Of a DNA stretch of 64,000 bases, positions 19,408-29,643 are shown piece by piece; the first letter of the stretch is position 1; the number at the start of each line of letters is the position of its first letter. The DNA is from a virus (taxonomy: Duplodnaviria; Heunggongvirae; Uroviricota; Caudoviricetes). Position numbers and translations under genes: made by a program. The stretch lies in IMG/VR virus record IMGVR_UViG_3300031413_000001. One strand, written 5' to 3'. The notes under the pieces are model-generated. The model did not search any database. It was not told the origin of the DNA and saw nothing but the letters and a program-made list of their open reading frames with translations.

Positions 19408-19791
19408 ATGCACTTAGAGATCGACGCAAAAGCAAAGAAGGCTATTAACAAGACTTTGAAGGCTTTTGGTCTGCGGATCACTTTGGGGCAGGGTTCGACG
19501 ACGCGCTACATGATACAGCGAAAGCGCATGATCACGAACAGCTATGGTGCGAAACCGGGTAGCTGGTACGCTGTTGGTCTTGCATACGGCGAGCAGCTGG
19601 TAAACGTGCTAAAAGATGGCACGATGGCAATTAAGAAGACTGGCGACAATGGCTGGTATTTGGATCGGAAGGACTTTGGGGACGTTTGGGGCCCGGTCGA
19701 GATCGAGGAACGCGCGATGCTGGTCATCGAGCTAACGCTGCTGGTAATGCAGTATGGGCAGCTCGAGGGGCAGGAGGAACTGACCTACTAA
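19408..19791 (+). CDS. Hypothetical protein
   Basis: Plus-strand promoter element, GGAG RBS. Confidence 0.7.
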   Translation: MHLEIDAKAKKAINKTLKAFGLRITLGQGSTTRYMIQRKRMITNSYGAKPGSWYAVGLAYGEQLVNVLKDGTMAIKKTGDNGWYLDRKDFGDVWGPVEIEERAMLVIELTLLVMQYGQLEGQEELTY

Positions 19792-20338
19792 GGAATAAAG
19801 ATCGCGGTGATGATTTTGGTGTCGGGGTCAATGGCAACAAAGGCCCCGATATTTGTACCTGGTTCACGATTGAGCAGGCTGTCGGGGGCCACATCGCCCA
19901 CGCGAAGTGGAATGCTCCGCGACCTCCTGAATAGGCCCTTGATCCAGCCGATCATGCGTTCAGCTTCTGAGCCAGTTCCTCGGCCGTGGTGCCATCCTCA
20001 TACGAGGTGCCCAGAGCTTCCAGACCATAGGCGTGCATGGTCTGAACCGCTGCATCGTTGCCCTGCTGGTTGAGCTGACCCAGACGTTCCATTACGAGAA
20101 CGCGCCACTTGGTGAAAGCGGTTGTGCTCTTGTTCTTGTCGTAGCCCGGCTCTTCTTCATGGTGCCACAGATTGATCGCCATCATCGATCTCCTTTAAGT
20201 CTGTTCGTATTGCCAGATATGCCGAGAGGGCAAGGGCTCTGAAATTGATGTGACGGAAGATGCGATCAGGAAGACCAGTCTCGGCCTCCTCTCGCATCCT
20301 CTCTGCCATCCGATCTATGATGTCGGATTGCCTTGACA

Positions 20339-20656
20339 TCAGCGTCGCTTCCGACCCTTGCCAAAGATCGTGTCAAAGGCACCGCCCTCGCCGAAGATCT
20401 TGCCCATTCCCTCGTCCATCTGCGCGAAGCCCTCGTCCATGTCGCGATCACTGGGACGACGGAGACCAGCGTTGTGGGCTTCCAGCATCTTGTTGTGCTC
20501 AGCGACCTTGGCCTTCAGATGGGCCAGATCAGCTTTGGCTTGCGCGCCCTCGACCAGAAGCTTGTGGATTTCTCCCAGCCACTTTCGCTTGACGGTCAGG
20601 CTTGATTCGGGATCGCCGAACGTGACTGCCTTCAGGGTAGCCATGTCAACGGCCAT
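20339..20656 (-). CDS. Hypothetical protein
   Basis: AGGAGATCGAATA-ATG. Confidence 0.65.
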   Translation of the reverse strand: MAVDMATLKAVTFGDPESSLTVKRKWLGEIHKLLVEGAQAKADLAHLKAKVAEHNKMLEAHNAGLRRPSDRDMDEGFAQMDEGMGKIFGEGGAFDTIFGKGRKRR

Positions 20657-20905
20657 TATTCGATCTCCTGCAAGTATCCATCAGTGGTAACATTCCACTG
20701 CTTGAACACACTGTTGTCTGGATTGAGGATTGTCAACCGCATCTGACCATGATAGTTGTTCATGGTGTCGGCCAGAACACCCAGGGCCTCAATGGGCTCA
20801 TGGTCGATGGCATCCGTATCAACGCCAGTATCGTGGCTGATGATACGAACATCGTTGCTGCTGAGTCCAAGTGCCTGACGGACTGCCCAAAAGGGCGGAA
20901 GCTTC

Positions 20906-21232
20906 TCAGTCAATGGTTCGATCTCCTTCCACACTGTCCTTGTAACGCCGAGCCCACTTCTGGCACTTGGCAAGAAGGATAGCGGTGATTTCCTCGTCGG
21001 TTGTCTCAGGACGGAATACAAAGATTGTGTCCAGCATACAAGCAATCACATCAATTGCTTCGCCGACCACACCATCGGGGCCACCGGGGCGGGCCTCATA
21101 GTAGTGTCCCAGTTCCTCGTCCAGCTCGACCATTTCCCGCTGACCATGCTGATAGATATCAAAGAGGGTCCGGCCGTTGTTGATCTCGCGGGCAAAATGC
21201 CGGACGATGTCAATGGGATTGTTGGTGTCCAT
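20906..21232 (-). CDS. MazG-like nucleotide pyrophosphohydrolase domain protein
   Basis: EMVELDEE...GEAIDVIACMLD...KCQKW. Confidence 0.6.
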   Translation of the reverse strand: MDTNNPIDIVRHFAREINNGRTLFDIYQHGQREMVELDEELGHYYEARPGGPDGVVGEAIDVIACMLDTIFVFRPETTDEEITAILLAKCQKWARRYKDSVEGDRTID

Positions 21233-21482
21233 TAGGCGACCTTTCTGAATCGTTTGGCCTTGAGGGCTGCATCACGCTTGCCCTCGGCATACTTGAGCAT
21301 TTCCCACAACTCTCGGGTCCGGTAATCAGTACACCGCTCAACCCAGTCTTCGTAGGTCATCGTGTCTACAGGGTGCCGGGGTCCAACTGCCATCGTGATC
21401 TCCTCTGATCTCCACACTAGCAGGACTGGGCGCCAGGGCAACCAGTTATTGAAACGTGGCGGAAACCTGCTATAAGGGAGGA

Positions 21483-21824
21483 ATGGCAGAGATGACTCCC
21501 AATGAACGAGCCTTTATCACAATCTCGGATGAACTCCGGCGGCTGGAAAACAGCCTCGTGGTAATGGAAGTCCTGAAAAAGACCGTTGTTCGAATGGATC
21601 AGTGGACCAAGACCAACTTGGCTGATGTCGACCACAACCATGTATTCACAGCGGAAATGGAGGGCTGGCTAAAGGTTATCCCCTACATCTGTGACGACGG
21701 ATCCAAGATCAGGGAAAAGGCCGACACGGCTGCTACTCGGATTGAAGAGCTGAAAAAGCTTCAGGAAGTATTCTTGAAGGGTGGCAACATCGTGGCAGCC
21801 AAGCTGTCCGGAGTCATGGACTAA
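21483..21824 (+). CDS. Hypothetical protein
   Basis: GGAGG RBS; one of few plus-strand genes in the left arm. Confidence 0.6.
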   Translation: MAEMTPNERAFITISDELRRLENSLVVMEVLKKTVVRMDQWTKTNLADVDHNHVFTAEMEGWLKVIPYICDDGSKIREKADTAATRIEELKKLQEVFLKGGNIVAAKLSGVMD

Positions 21825-22223
21825 ACGGCGTTGCCGGTTTCCTGCATGGTCACGACTACTTCAACGTAACGGCGCACCAGGCGTGCAACCTTGGCCTTTT
21901 GCGCTTCCGCGAGCGTTTCAAACGTGTCAGCGGCCTCCATGCGGTCCACCGAGTCCTTGGCAGTCCAGGATCCCCGCTTTACCTTGGAGCCACGGCGATA
22001 CCACAGGTTGTCGTAGTATTCAATGATCCAGCGGTTCACTCACCATACTCAGCACGGATGGCCGAGATCAGGCGGCTCAGCACATCCCTGATATTCTCGG
22101 GGTCAGCGCCACCAGCCAGCATGTCATCGGAGATTTCCAGCAGGATCTCTTGCGTGGCAGAAGTCCACCAGCCGCCCTCGGGTTCCAGCTGGCCGACGAT
22201 GAATGCCGCAGTACTCGTTGCCA

Positions 22224-22685
22224 TTAGTCTCGACCACCCTTTGCACAAACTGGTCCCAACCCGCTAGCGATGGATTCCGGCACAGTCAATGCCTTGCGGC
22301 ACTTTCCACACTTTCCCTGGTGCCAGATCTCAACGCGCTCCAACACCTTCTCGTTCATGATGTTGCTGAACAACCATTCGAGCCCCTGAACGCTGGGAGC
22401 CGTCTGGGAAACTTTGGCCTTGGCCCCGCCGTAACGGTAGCTGGCAAAGTCCGTATCGGCGCCCTTGCCAAACATGATGCCAAAATAGGCGTAGCTGTTG
22501 GTGTTGTCGGGGCCGTTGAGAAGCTGGACGAAATATGGGTTCTTGGCGCCCTCTGCGCGGGGCTTCCGAATGCGATACGTGAAGCGAGTTCCCGTCCGCT
22601 TACTGACCACGGTGAACACGGCGTTGCCCGCCAGAGCAAACTTACGAAAAGCTGCCATGTTGCTGAACGTTCCGCCGTGTGCCAT
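22224..22685 (-). CDS. DUF6011-like zinc-ribbon protein
   Basis: FALAGNAVFT...CGKCRKALTVPESIASGLGPVC. Confidence 0.75.
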   Translation of the reverse strand: MAHGGTFSNMAAFRKFALAGNAVFTVVSKRTGTRFTYRIRKPRAEGAKNPYFVQLLNGPDNTNSYAYFGIMFGKGADTDFASYRYGGAKAKVSQTAPSVQGLEWLFSNIMNEKVLERVEIWHQGKCGKCRKALTVPESIASGLGPVCAKGGRD

Positions 22686-22977
22686 TCTAGATCTCCTCGT
22701 TTCCGATGTTCTGGATCTAACACCAGAGTTTGGTAGGGCAACCGCTTTATGCGGCCACCCACCGAATCTCGTGGCGATCACGATCAATCGACATTAGGAA
22801 CTTTTCCGCCGCATCGCTAGGCTCGCCGTACTTGTTGAACTTGAAGACCTTTTCGTTGTTCCAATGCGCTTCGTTGCTGGAATTGCGCGACCGAGTCTGC
22901 AGCATCTTCTTCACGTTCGATCTCCTCGTTTCCGATGTACCAGTCCTAGCAGAACTGGTGAGGAGATCAACCGCTTT

Positions 22978-23307
22978 TTAGCCTCGCATCAACTGATATC
23001 GGGCCAGTGTGTCGACCATTGCCTCCATGGACCAGTCGGCGCGCTCCATCAGTTCAAAGACCGCTTCCTGATCGGCCATGCGGGCCAGGTAGTTGTCCAG
23101 TGCGCGAGAAAGTTCGATCTGCCGCTCACCGGGCTCCATCAGGAGAACATGATTGGTTGGAAGCAGCTGGAGTTCTTCGCCCATCTGCGCGGCCCTGGTG
23201 TTGTAATAGACGCGATGGAGAACCTCGTGGTTGATGATGAACAGTTTGTCCTTGGAGGGCAGCTTGGCCCACGAGACGCCCTTGATGTTGATGGTGTTCT
23301 TGTCCAT
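22978..23307 (-). CDS. Hypothetical protein
   Basis: AGGAGATCGACC-ATG. Confidence 0.65.
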   Translation of the reverse strand: MDKNTINIKGVSWAKLPSKDKLFIINHEVLHRVYYNTRAAQMGEELQLLPTNHVLLMEPGERQIELSRALDNYLARMADQEAVFELMERADWSMEAMVDTLARYQLMRG

Positions 23308-23397
23308 GGTCGATCTCCTTCCCACACCAGTTAGCACTCTGGACATGGAAATCAACCAAAGAAATGGCGCGAAGTTTTACCCTCGCGCCAGTTTCTC

Positions 23398-23559
23398 TTA
23401 GTGCTTGGCGGTCGTCGTGGTGTTGGTCGTGGCGACCGTGCCGTTGTCCAGAACCTGGGTCGTCGAGGTCGAGTTGTTGGTGACCGCGTCATCGCGACCA
23501 TCGCAAGCTGCGAGTGCGAGAGCCGAAACCAGACCAGCGACGAGAACAATCTTCTTCAT
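23398..23559 (-). CDS. Small lipoprotein (53 aa, absent from ORF track)
   Basis: MKKIVLVAGLVSALALAAC lipobox; AGGAG RBS; Thr/Asn-rich tail. Confidence 0.7.
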   Translation of the reverse strand: MKKIVLVAGLVSALALAACDGRDDAVTNNSTSTTQVLDNGTVATTNTTTTAKH

Positions 23560-23623
23560 ATAAAACTCCTAGACCAACCATTGGTACTGGACACCATAGC
23601 GCCTAGTTCCTGTGCGTCAATAT

Positions 23624-23923
23624 CTACCTGCAGGGAATGTAGCGGATAATCCACTTGGGGTAACCCTCGGGAGTCATCACAATGTCGGGGACCGCCCTGG
23701 CATCGTTGCCCGTCTCGACCCAACCTGCGCCATAGCAGTTGTCGCAGATTGCCCGCTTGCTTCTCATGCTCACGAGGTCGATTTCCGCATTCCATTGACC
23801 GTGGCCATGACACACTGGGCACCTAGCATCCAGGGCACCGTTGCGTGGTACCAGTGATATGTTGAACAGCGCGTATGGGTCCTCGGGACCAGTGCAGAGC
23901 ACAATGTTGCTGGCATGTGCCAT
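23624..23923 (-). CDS. DnaJ-type zinc-finger (CxxCxGxG) protein
   Basis: CPVCHGHG and CDNCYGAG. Confidence 0.6.
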   Translation of the reverse strand: MAHASNIVLCTGPEDPYALFNISLVPRNGALDARCPVCHGHGQWNAEIDLVSMRSKRAICDNCYGAGWVETGNDARAVPDIVMTPEGYPKWIIRYIPCR

Positions 23924-24256
23924 CAAAAACGTTCCTTTGTGCAAGAGAATTGCTCACCAATCACAATGCAGATTTCCGACCCTGTGTGAATGGTCGGAGC
24001 ACCCGCCGAGGTCTCGGCTGCTAAGATGAAAACCAGGCCGGCTAGACAACGAGCAGCGTGAATCAATCGTACTCTCCCTCGTCTTCATTGGACAGCCGGA
24101 TACGCTCGATATCTGCGTCAATGAACTTGGCCGCGTCCTCACTATGGGCAAATCCGCCACACTTGATCAGGATATCACTGTGTGGCTCCAGAACCGCCCA
24201 GGTATCCGACCGCTTTATGTAGCGGATCGCATAGTTGCGATAAATCATGTCCGCGC

Positions 24257-24532
24257 TCATTGTGCTGCAATCCCCAGTTCATAGAGGAGACGATCGATCT
24301 GCTGCGGACCACCAAGCGACCAGCCGCTGTTGCCGGAGCCATGCTCAACCCAAACATTCACCTTGTCGGTGACCAGCTTTTGACTGTAGCCGCCATCACT
24401 TACCATCACCTTGATCCCGCAGTATTCCCACGTATCGGTGCTGCTGAGCACTGGTCGAGAGTGCTGACCAAGCTGTCGAACACGAGAAACAATGGCTTCG
24501 ACTTTGCTATGAAGGTTTGCGTTGATGATCAT
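24257..24532 (-). CDS. Hypothetical protein
   Basis: Promoter element and RBS. Confidence 0.6.
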   Translation of the reverse strand: MIINANLHSKVEAIVSRVRQLGQHSRPVLSSTDTWEYCGIKVMVSDGGYSQKLVTDKVNVWVEHGSGNSGWSLGGPQQIDRLLYELGIAAQ

Positions 24533-24589
24533 CTAGTGTCTCCTGCTGTTACACCAGAGTTAGCACCAACGCCCCCAGTGTCAACCAGT

Positions 24590-25102
24590 TTAGTAGATGC
24601 CTTCGATGTAGGGCTCATCGTCAACCACTTCCACTCGATCACCCTTTTGCGTGGCTGCGAAGAGAAGTGCCGCAAACGCCTTGGGCAAGCGGATACAGCC
24701 GTGGCTTGCAGGATAGCCGGGAAGGTTTCCTGCGTGAAGGGCGATGCCGTCCCAGGTCAGCCGCTGCATGAATGGCATGGGAGCGTTGGCGTATTTGTTG
24801 CTCCGATGCGTGGCCGCCTTCTGCAGGATGTTGAACACCCCGGTGGGCGTTTCCTTGCCCGGTTTTCCCGACGAGATCGTAGACAGTCCGATCAGCATAT
24901 CGCCGCGATAGACTTGAGCCATCTGCGTGGCGAGATTTACCCGAACGTACACGGCACCATCGACCATCGTATCGTCGTTCCAGTAAAACTGACCGGCTCG
25001 AAGAATGGAAACATCGGAGACTTCAGCAGTTCCTGTGATGTCCTGCGCGCTTGCGACCAGGGGTGCCATCGAAAGTGCCATTGCTGCGAGGAAAAGTTTC
25101 AT
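24590..25102 (-). CDS. L,D-transpeptidase (YkuD family), secreted
   Basis: Signal peptide; TPTGVF; APMPFMQRLTWDGIALHAG...SHGCIRL. Confidence 0.92.
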   Translation of the reverse strand: MKLFLAAMALSMAPLVASAQDITGTAEVSDVSILRAGQFYWNDDTMVDGAVYVRVNLATQMAQVYRGDMLIGLSTISSGKPGKETPTGVFNILQKAATHRSNKYANAPMPFMQRLTWDGIALHAGNLPGYPASHGCIRLPKAFAALLFAATQKGDRVEVVDDEPYIEGIY

Positions 25103-25170
25103 CTAGTGTCTCCGTTGCCGTTACACCAGGATTTAGCAGTCCAGTCCTGGCAGTCAACCACTCAGGATGT

Positions 25171-25536
25171 CTAGCCGTACATTTTTAGGATCTTGGCTGC
25201 CACGTCGCGGACCTTTTGCTCATCCTCACTGACATGATGCTCTGTCATTGCCCGCTTGACAAGTCGTACCTCTGGTCGATTGAGGCGCCACTTTCCTGCC
25301 TGATAGATGGCATGGTAGTCCTGTAGACTATCAGTGTTCCACTTGACCGAGATACCAATGTTCAGATTTGCGACCCAGAGCGACACGCCGCTGGGATGAT
25401 ACCAGACGTATTGGGTCTTTTGCCAGTCTTTGTTTATTTCCAGCAGGCGAACAATCAGCATGACGTCCTCCCTCACCGCCCCGAAACTCAGGGTAGTGAA
25501 GAAGTTCTTGCACCGATGACCAAACCTTACGCCCAC
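25171..25536 (-). CDS. Hypothetical protein
   Basis: ORF in operon. Confidence 0.55.
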   Translation of the reverse strand: MGVRFGHRCKNFFTTLSFGAVREDVMLIVRLLEINKDWQKTQYVWYHPSGVSLWVANLNIGISVKWNTDSLQDYHAIYQAGKWRLNRPEVRLVKRAMTEHHVSEDEQKVRDVAAKILKMYG

Positions 25537-25538
25537 TG

Positions 25539-25823
25539 TTACCCTCTGACTTCCTCGATCAGAAAGCGCCCGTCATCCAGCTTGTGGTAGAACGTGCGCG
25601 TACGGAGCCTGGAGAGCAGCCGCTTCATGACCATCTTTGGAGCAATGTAAAGCCCAAAGAAGAAACTCGCAAGTGCGATCACAACAACGATGCCCATCAG
25701 ATAATCTCCCGGTGCAAAACAAAGAAGGGCCGCTGCGAGGGTGATCAACGGACCACCCAGCGCAACGCCTGCGCACCACATCTGGATAGCAGCATCCAGA
25801 ATGTTTGCAACCAGAGTTTTCAC
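25539..25823 (-). CDS. Membrane protein
   Basis: Hydrophobic segments. Confidence 0.55.
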   Translation of the reverse strand: MKTLVANILDAAIQMWCAGVALGGPLITLAAALLCFAPGDYLMGIVVVIALASFFFGLYIAPKMVMKRLLSRLRTRTFYHKLDDGRFLIEEVRG

Positions 25824-26395
25824 ATCCGCTCGTTTATTTTGTCGGCGAAGTCGGGGTCGATCGTGAGGAGTGGATGCCCCAGGGACTCCAGATACGTGTC
25901 GCGGAACTTGGTGCTGTCATCGTTGATGATGTCAGCGCACGTGCCGCAGTAATACTTCCGAGTGCTGTGGTTGAACCAGTACGCACCAGGAGCCTGACAG
26001 GCCGTCCGATTGCAACGCTGGCCCTTTTCGCCCTTGCCCTCGAGTTCGGCCTTGTTGGTCTCCAGGTTGTCGACGTATGCCTGGCTCATGTACTTGGGCA
26101 GCGTGTAGCCGTTGACCTTGTGGCGCTCATTGTCGCGAGCCCTTGCGCGATTCATCGCCTCGACGATCGCGTCGCCGGCCTGATCGCTACGCGAGGGGAG
26201 ATCGTAATAGGAATGCGCTGGGGTGGACTCTGCGACCGCCTTAGCTGCGCGAAGATCCTCAACGCTCTCAAAGCTCTGTCGAAGGCCATCCATCCGACGC
26301 GAGAGCGCACCCATCTGACGACGTGCTTCCTTCCGAGTGTCCGACTGCTCGCGAAGTGCCTTGAAGGACTTGGGTGCTTTTATCTTGTAGCCCAC
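25820..26395 (-). CDS. Hypothetical protein with C-terminal Cys motif
   Basis: CNRTACQ...YYCGTCA; AGGAGATCGA RBS. Confidence 0.7.
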   Translation of the reverse strand: MGYKIKAPKSFKALREQSDTRKEARRQMGALSRRMDGLRQSFESVEDLRAAKAVAESTPAHSYYDLPSRSDQAGDAIVEAMNRARARDNERHKVNGYTLPKYMSQAYVDNLETNKAELEGKGEKGQRCNRTACQAPGAYWFNHSTRKYYCGTCADIINDDSTKFRDTYLESLGHPLLTIDPDFADKINERM

Positions 26396-26690
26396 GCTCG
26401 ATCTCCTTTTTGTTCCGATAAACCAGGAATAGCACCAGTGTAGGGCGCGTCAACCAGTTTAATTGAGCGAGGAAAGTTTATCGCCGTTGTAGCGATCCTC
26501 ACCAACGATATCGCCGTTCATGTTGGTGTAGTAGGCTTCGATCACGACCTGGTCGCTGTCAACCTCAACCACATAGACGTCGAGATCTTCCTCCCACGCG
26601 ATCTCGTTGGCGCGCTTTGCTGCATCGCCTAAGACCTCGTAGGGGCCAGTCAGATCACCTGGTGTGGGAGCATAGATCCAGAACATCGCC

Positions 26691-27218
26691 TTACTCCAGG
26701 AAAAGGTAGCCGTTGTTGACTTCAGCGATCATATCATCGTGGTCGGGTGCATCTTCTGCATTGCCGTCATCCATGGCCTGATCGTACTCGTCTTCCTGGA
26801 TGACGCGAAAGCCCGCAAGAGTGGATGCTTCGTCGTGGTCCTGTGGGAAAAAGGTCACGTCCCAGTTACCGTTGAAGTGGCCGTTGGTGTAGATGTCGAG
26901 TGCGATCTGGGTGCGAAATGCCGAATAGTCACCGTGGTTTGCGGCGGCCATTGCCTCGATGATGCTGTCCGCACCTCTGAGCTCTTGTTCGTCGGGCTGT
27001 GCTGGCATGTTATCTTCCTCGCTTTCGTCAAAGCCGATCAGTGGGACCGGAGGTTCTGGGATGGGTTCACGCGCAATCGCTTCGTCCCAAATTGCTTGGA
27101 CGGCTGCGCGCGTTTCGTCGCTGATCGTTTTTGGATCAAAGGGAGGGGCGGGCTCGACCTTGATCGTGCCATCGAGGATGCCTTGGATTCTTGCGATAGT
27201 TTCCGGCTTCAGCGCCAT
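26691..27218 (-). CDS. Acidic hypothetical protein
   Basis: Promoter element and RBS. Confidence 0.65.
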   Translation of the reverse strand: MALKPETIARIQGILDGTIKVEPAPPFDPKTISDETRAAVQAIWDEAIAREPIPEPPVPLIGFDESEEDNMPAQPDEQELRGADSIIEAMAAANHGDYSAFRTQIALDIYTNGHFNGNWDVTFFPQDHDEASTLAGFRVIQEDEYDQAMDDGNAEDAPDHDDMIAEVNNGYLFLE

Positions 27219-27573
27219 GATCGATCTCCCTAGTTGTTGCTCCTGTTCCTAACACCAGAACAGGAGCCTGCAACCACTTTTTACAGCGAATCGACGTCGT
27301 CACCGTTGAACGTGCTGTCCATGACCAGCGTGTCAATATCGGTCAGGATCCAGGTGTTTTCCACCAGGTCGCGAGCGTTGATTTCGAGAAGATAGATGAT
27401 GCAGCCCGGTTCGTTGACGAACTCATGCTTGCAGACCTTGAGGGCGCCCTCCTTGCTATCGCGCTGCTCGAACATTCCCTCGGTGGTGTAAGCAATATAC
27501 CGCATGCCAAACTCCTGCTAGTTCCTATAAAGAGACACTAGCAGGGTTGTCCAGAGTTGCAACCACAAAGGAG

Positions 27574-27930
27574 TTAATCTTTGGGCTTGAACGTTTCGAT
27601 GACCTTGGAGTTCTGCGCGATGATCGCCCCCTGGGCGCTCTGGCTGACGCAGCCCATATCGTAGTCGGGATATGGCGCACCGTTGCTCATCTTCACACCC
27701 TGAACGGGAATCCACGAGCCACCGGCCTTGACGCACTCCACCTTTTGACCAGCGGTGATCTGAGTGTCGGCTCGCTTCTGATCCGCATCCTTCATCCGAC
27801 TGTCGGCGCAGGAGAATGTGAGACAGCCCAGGACCGTCACAATGCCCACGATCAATGCGCTCATGCCCCAGCGGAACTGGGTCATCTCCACCTTGGAGGC
27901 GATGTTTTCGTCTGTGTATCCGTCTGCCAT
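27574..27930 (-). CDS. Membrane-anchored hypothetical protein
   Basis: Single TM; directly downstream of trpS. Confidence 0.6.
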   Translation of the reverse strand: MADGYTDENIASKVEMTQFRWGMSALIVGIVTVLGCLTFSCADSRMKDADQKRADTQITAGQKVECVKAGGSWIPVQGVKMSNGAPYPDYDMGCVSQSAQGAIIAQNSKVIETFKPKD

Positions 27931-27931
27931 A

Positions 27932-28951
27932 TCAGTCCCACAATCCCATTGCTGCTTTTACATTGTTCATGGTGTCTAGGGCAACCAGTCTAGGTCCACC
28001 AAAGGAACTGGTCGAGAACTCCAAGTGATCCTCGACCTGACGATCGCTCAGCTGCGAGAATGCTTCCTTGATGGGTTCCAGAAGCGAGATCGTCGCGTCA
28101 GTCAGTGCCGACTTGAGTGCGCCGTTGCCCTTTCCGCCCAGGTCCCGCAGGACTTCCTCGACCTTCCGGTCTTGAATGCCCGCGAGAAGCGAAACGAGAT
28201 TGCTTACCGCTACCCGGCCCTCTAAGCCCTCAGGTTCGCTGGGCAGAGCTGTGACACTATCGGCGACCGCTGCTCGATACTTTTTGCTGATCATCACGTC
28301 AGTGTCCAGAAGGTTGATGCGCGAGCTGTCATTGGGCTCGCTCTTGCTCATCTTCTTCATTGGATCCTGAAGACTCATCACCCGCGCGTTGATCGGCGGA
28401 ACCAGTGCCTGTGGCAGCTTGAACGTCTGCCCAAAGTCCGCGTTGAACTTTTCGGCAATGTCCCGGGTCAGTTGCAGGTGCTGGCTCTGATCATCGCCAA
28501 CGGGCACCAGATCAGCACCGTAGAGCAGAATATCGGCCGCTTGGAGCACTGGGTATGCGAACAGCCCGGCGCTCACGCTGGTGCCCGCTCCACCCTTGTC
28601 TTTGAACTGCGTCATCCTGTTGAGCCAGCCCATTCGTGCCGTGCCCATTAGGAGCCACTGAAGTTCGGTGTGCTGGGGAACGGTTGACTGACGGAACAGA
28701 TACGTGGAGCCGTTGGGCCACATCAAGTCATCGTCGGCCAGACCACAGGCCATCAGCAGTCGTGCGATGTTCTTCACACTGGCTGCGAGGTCCGAGGGCT
28801 TTTGATAGACCGTGATGGCGTGGAGGTCGGCCAGCATCAGGTAACTGGTATGACCCTGCCGAGCAAGTTCAACCCAGTTTTTCACTGCACCTAGGTAGTT
28901 TCCCAGATGCAGTGAGCCGGTGGTCTGAACTCCGGAAACGATTGTGCTCAT
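27932..28951 (-). CDS. trpS: Tryptophan--tRNA ligase
   Basis: SGVQTTGSLHLGNYLGA (HIGH), ADLHAIT, RMTQFKDK, YPVLQAADIL, VPVGDDQSQH, KMSKS. Confidence 0.95.
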   Translation of the reverse strand: MSTIVSGVQTTGSLHLGNYLGAVKNWVELARQGHTSYLMLADLHAITVYQKPSDLAASVKNIARLLMACGLADDDLMWPNGSTYLFRQSTVPQHTELQWLLMGTARMGWLNRMTQFKDKGGAGTSVSAGLFAYPVLQAADILLYGADLVPVGDDQSQHLQLTRDIAEKFNADFGQTFKLPQALVPPINARVMSLQDPMKKMSKSEPNDSSRINLLDTDVMISKKYRAAVADSVTALPSEPEGLEGRVAVSNLVSLLAGIQDRKVEEVLRDLGGKGNGALKSALTDATISLLEPIKEAFSQLSDRQVEDHLEFSTSSFGGPRLVALDTMNNVKAAMGLWD

Positions 28952-29643
28952 TCGGGAAAGTCCACATCCAGAACGTCGAGTTCATCGTAGTCGATCCACT
29001 TGCCGGCCAGAAGCGGCCAGAACAGCTTGTTCAGCTCACGCTCCGACTTTTCACGAATCAGCTCGTAGACTTCCTCGATGGTCGTCTCGGCGTTGAGTTC
29101 GTTACCGATGCCAGTGAGGAAGACGCCGACCTGCGGCAGAGTTCCCGTCTTGGCGTCGACCATCACGCGATTGATCAGAAGATTGGCGGCCGTGTTCCAG
29201 TGATAAAAGGAAAAGCCCTCCTCGTCCTTTCGATCCTGCCCGGTCTTGTGATGACCACGTGCGATCAGAAAGGCCATCCAGGCGGTCGTGAACTTGAGTT
29301 CCTCGAGCGGACGTTCCGAATACCACTCCGGCGATACGTAGATCTTGTCACCGTCGAAGCTGATTGATCCCGAACCATACGTGGGCACGATGGGATAGGT
29401 GGTCAGCGCCTGCCGATAGATCGAGACTGGATTGCTGAACATGGGGTGATTGGCGAACAAGCTGTCTTGTGCGATGGCAAAACGATCCATCGCATATTCG
29501 GCCTCCTCACCGCCCGCCGGAGTCATCCGATTCTGATGTGCAGCTTCCTCTTCCTCGGGAGTCATCTGCACTGCGATACCCAGGGCGATGTTCTTGACAT
29601 CCTGCCGGATCTTGTTGAGTTCGTCTTCCGATAGTTTTGCCAC
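28948..29643 (-). CDS. DUF2201 N-terminal (metallopeptidase-like) domain protein, HExxH apparently lost
   Basis: DGDKIYVSP...ELKFTTAWMAFLIARGH...WNTAANLLIN...EEVYE. Confidence 0.5.
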   Translation of the reverse strand: MAKLSEDELNKIRQDVKNIALGIAVQMTPEEEEAAHQNRMTPAGGEEAEYAMDRFAIAQDSLFANHPMFSNPVSIYRQALTTYPIVPTYGSGSISFDGDKIYVSPEWYSERPLEELKFTTAWMAFLIARGHHKTGQDRKDEEGFSFYHWNTAANLLINRVMVDAKTGTLPQVGVFLTGIGNELNAETTIEEVYELIREKSERELNKLFWPLLAGKWIDYDELDVLDVDFPE

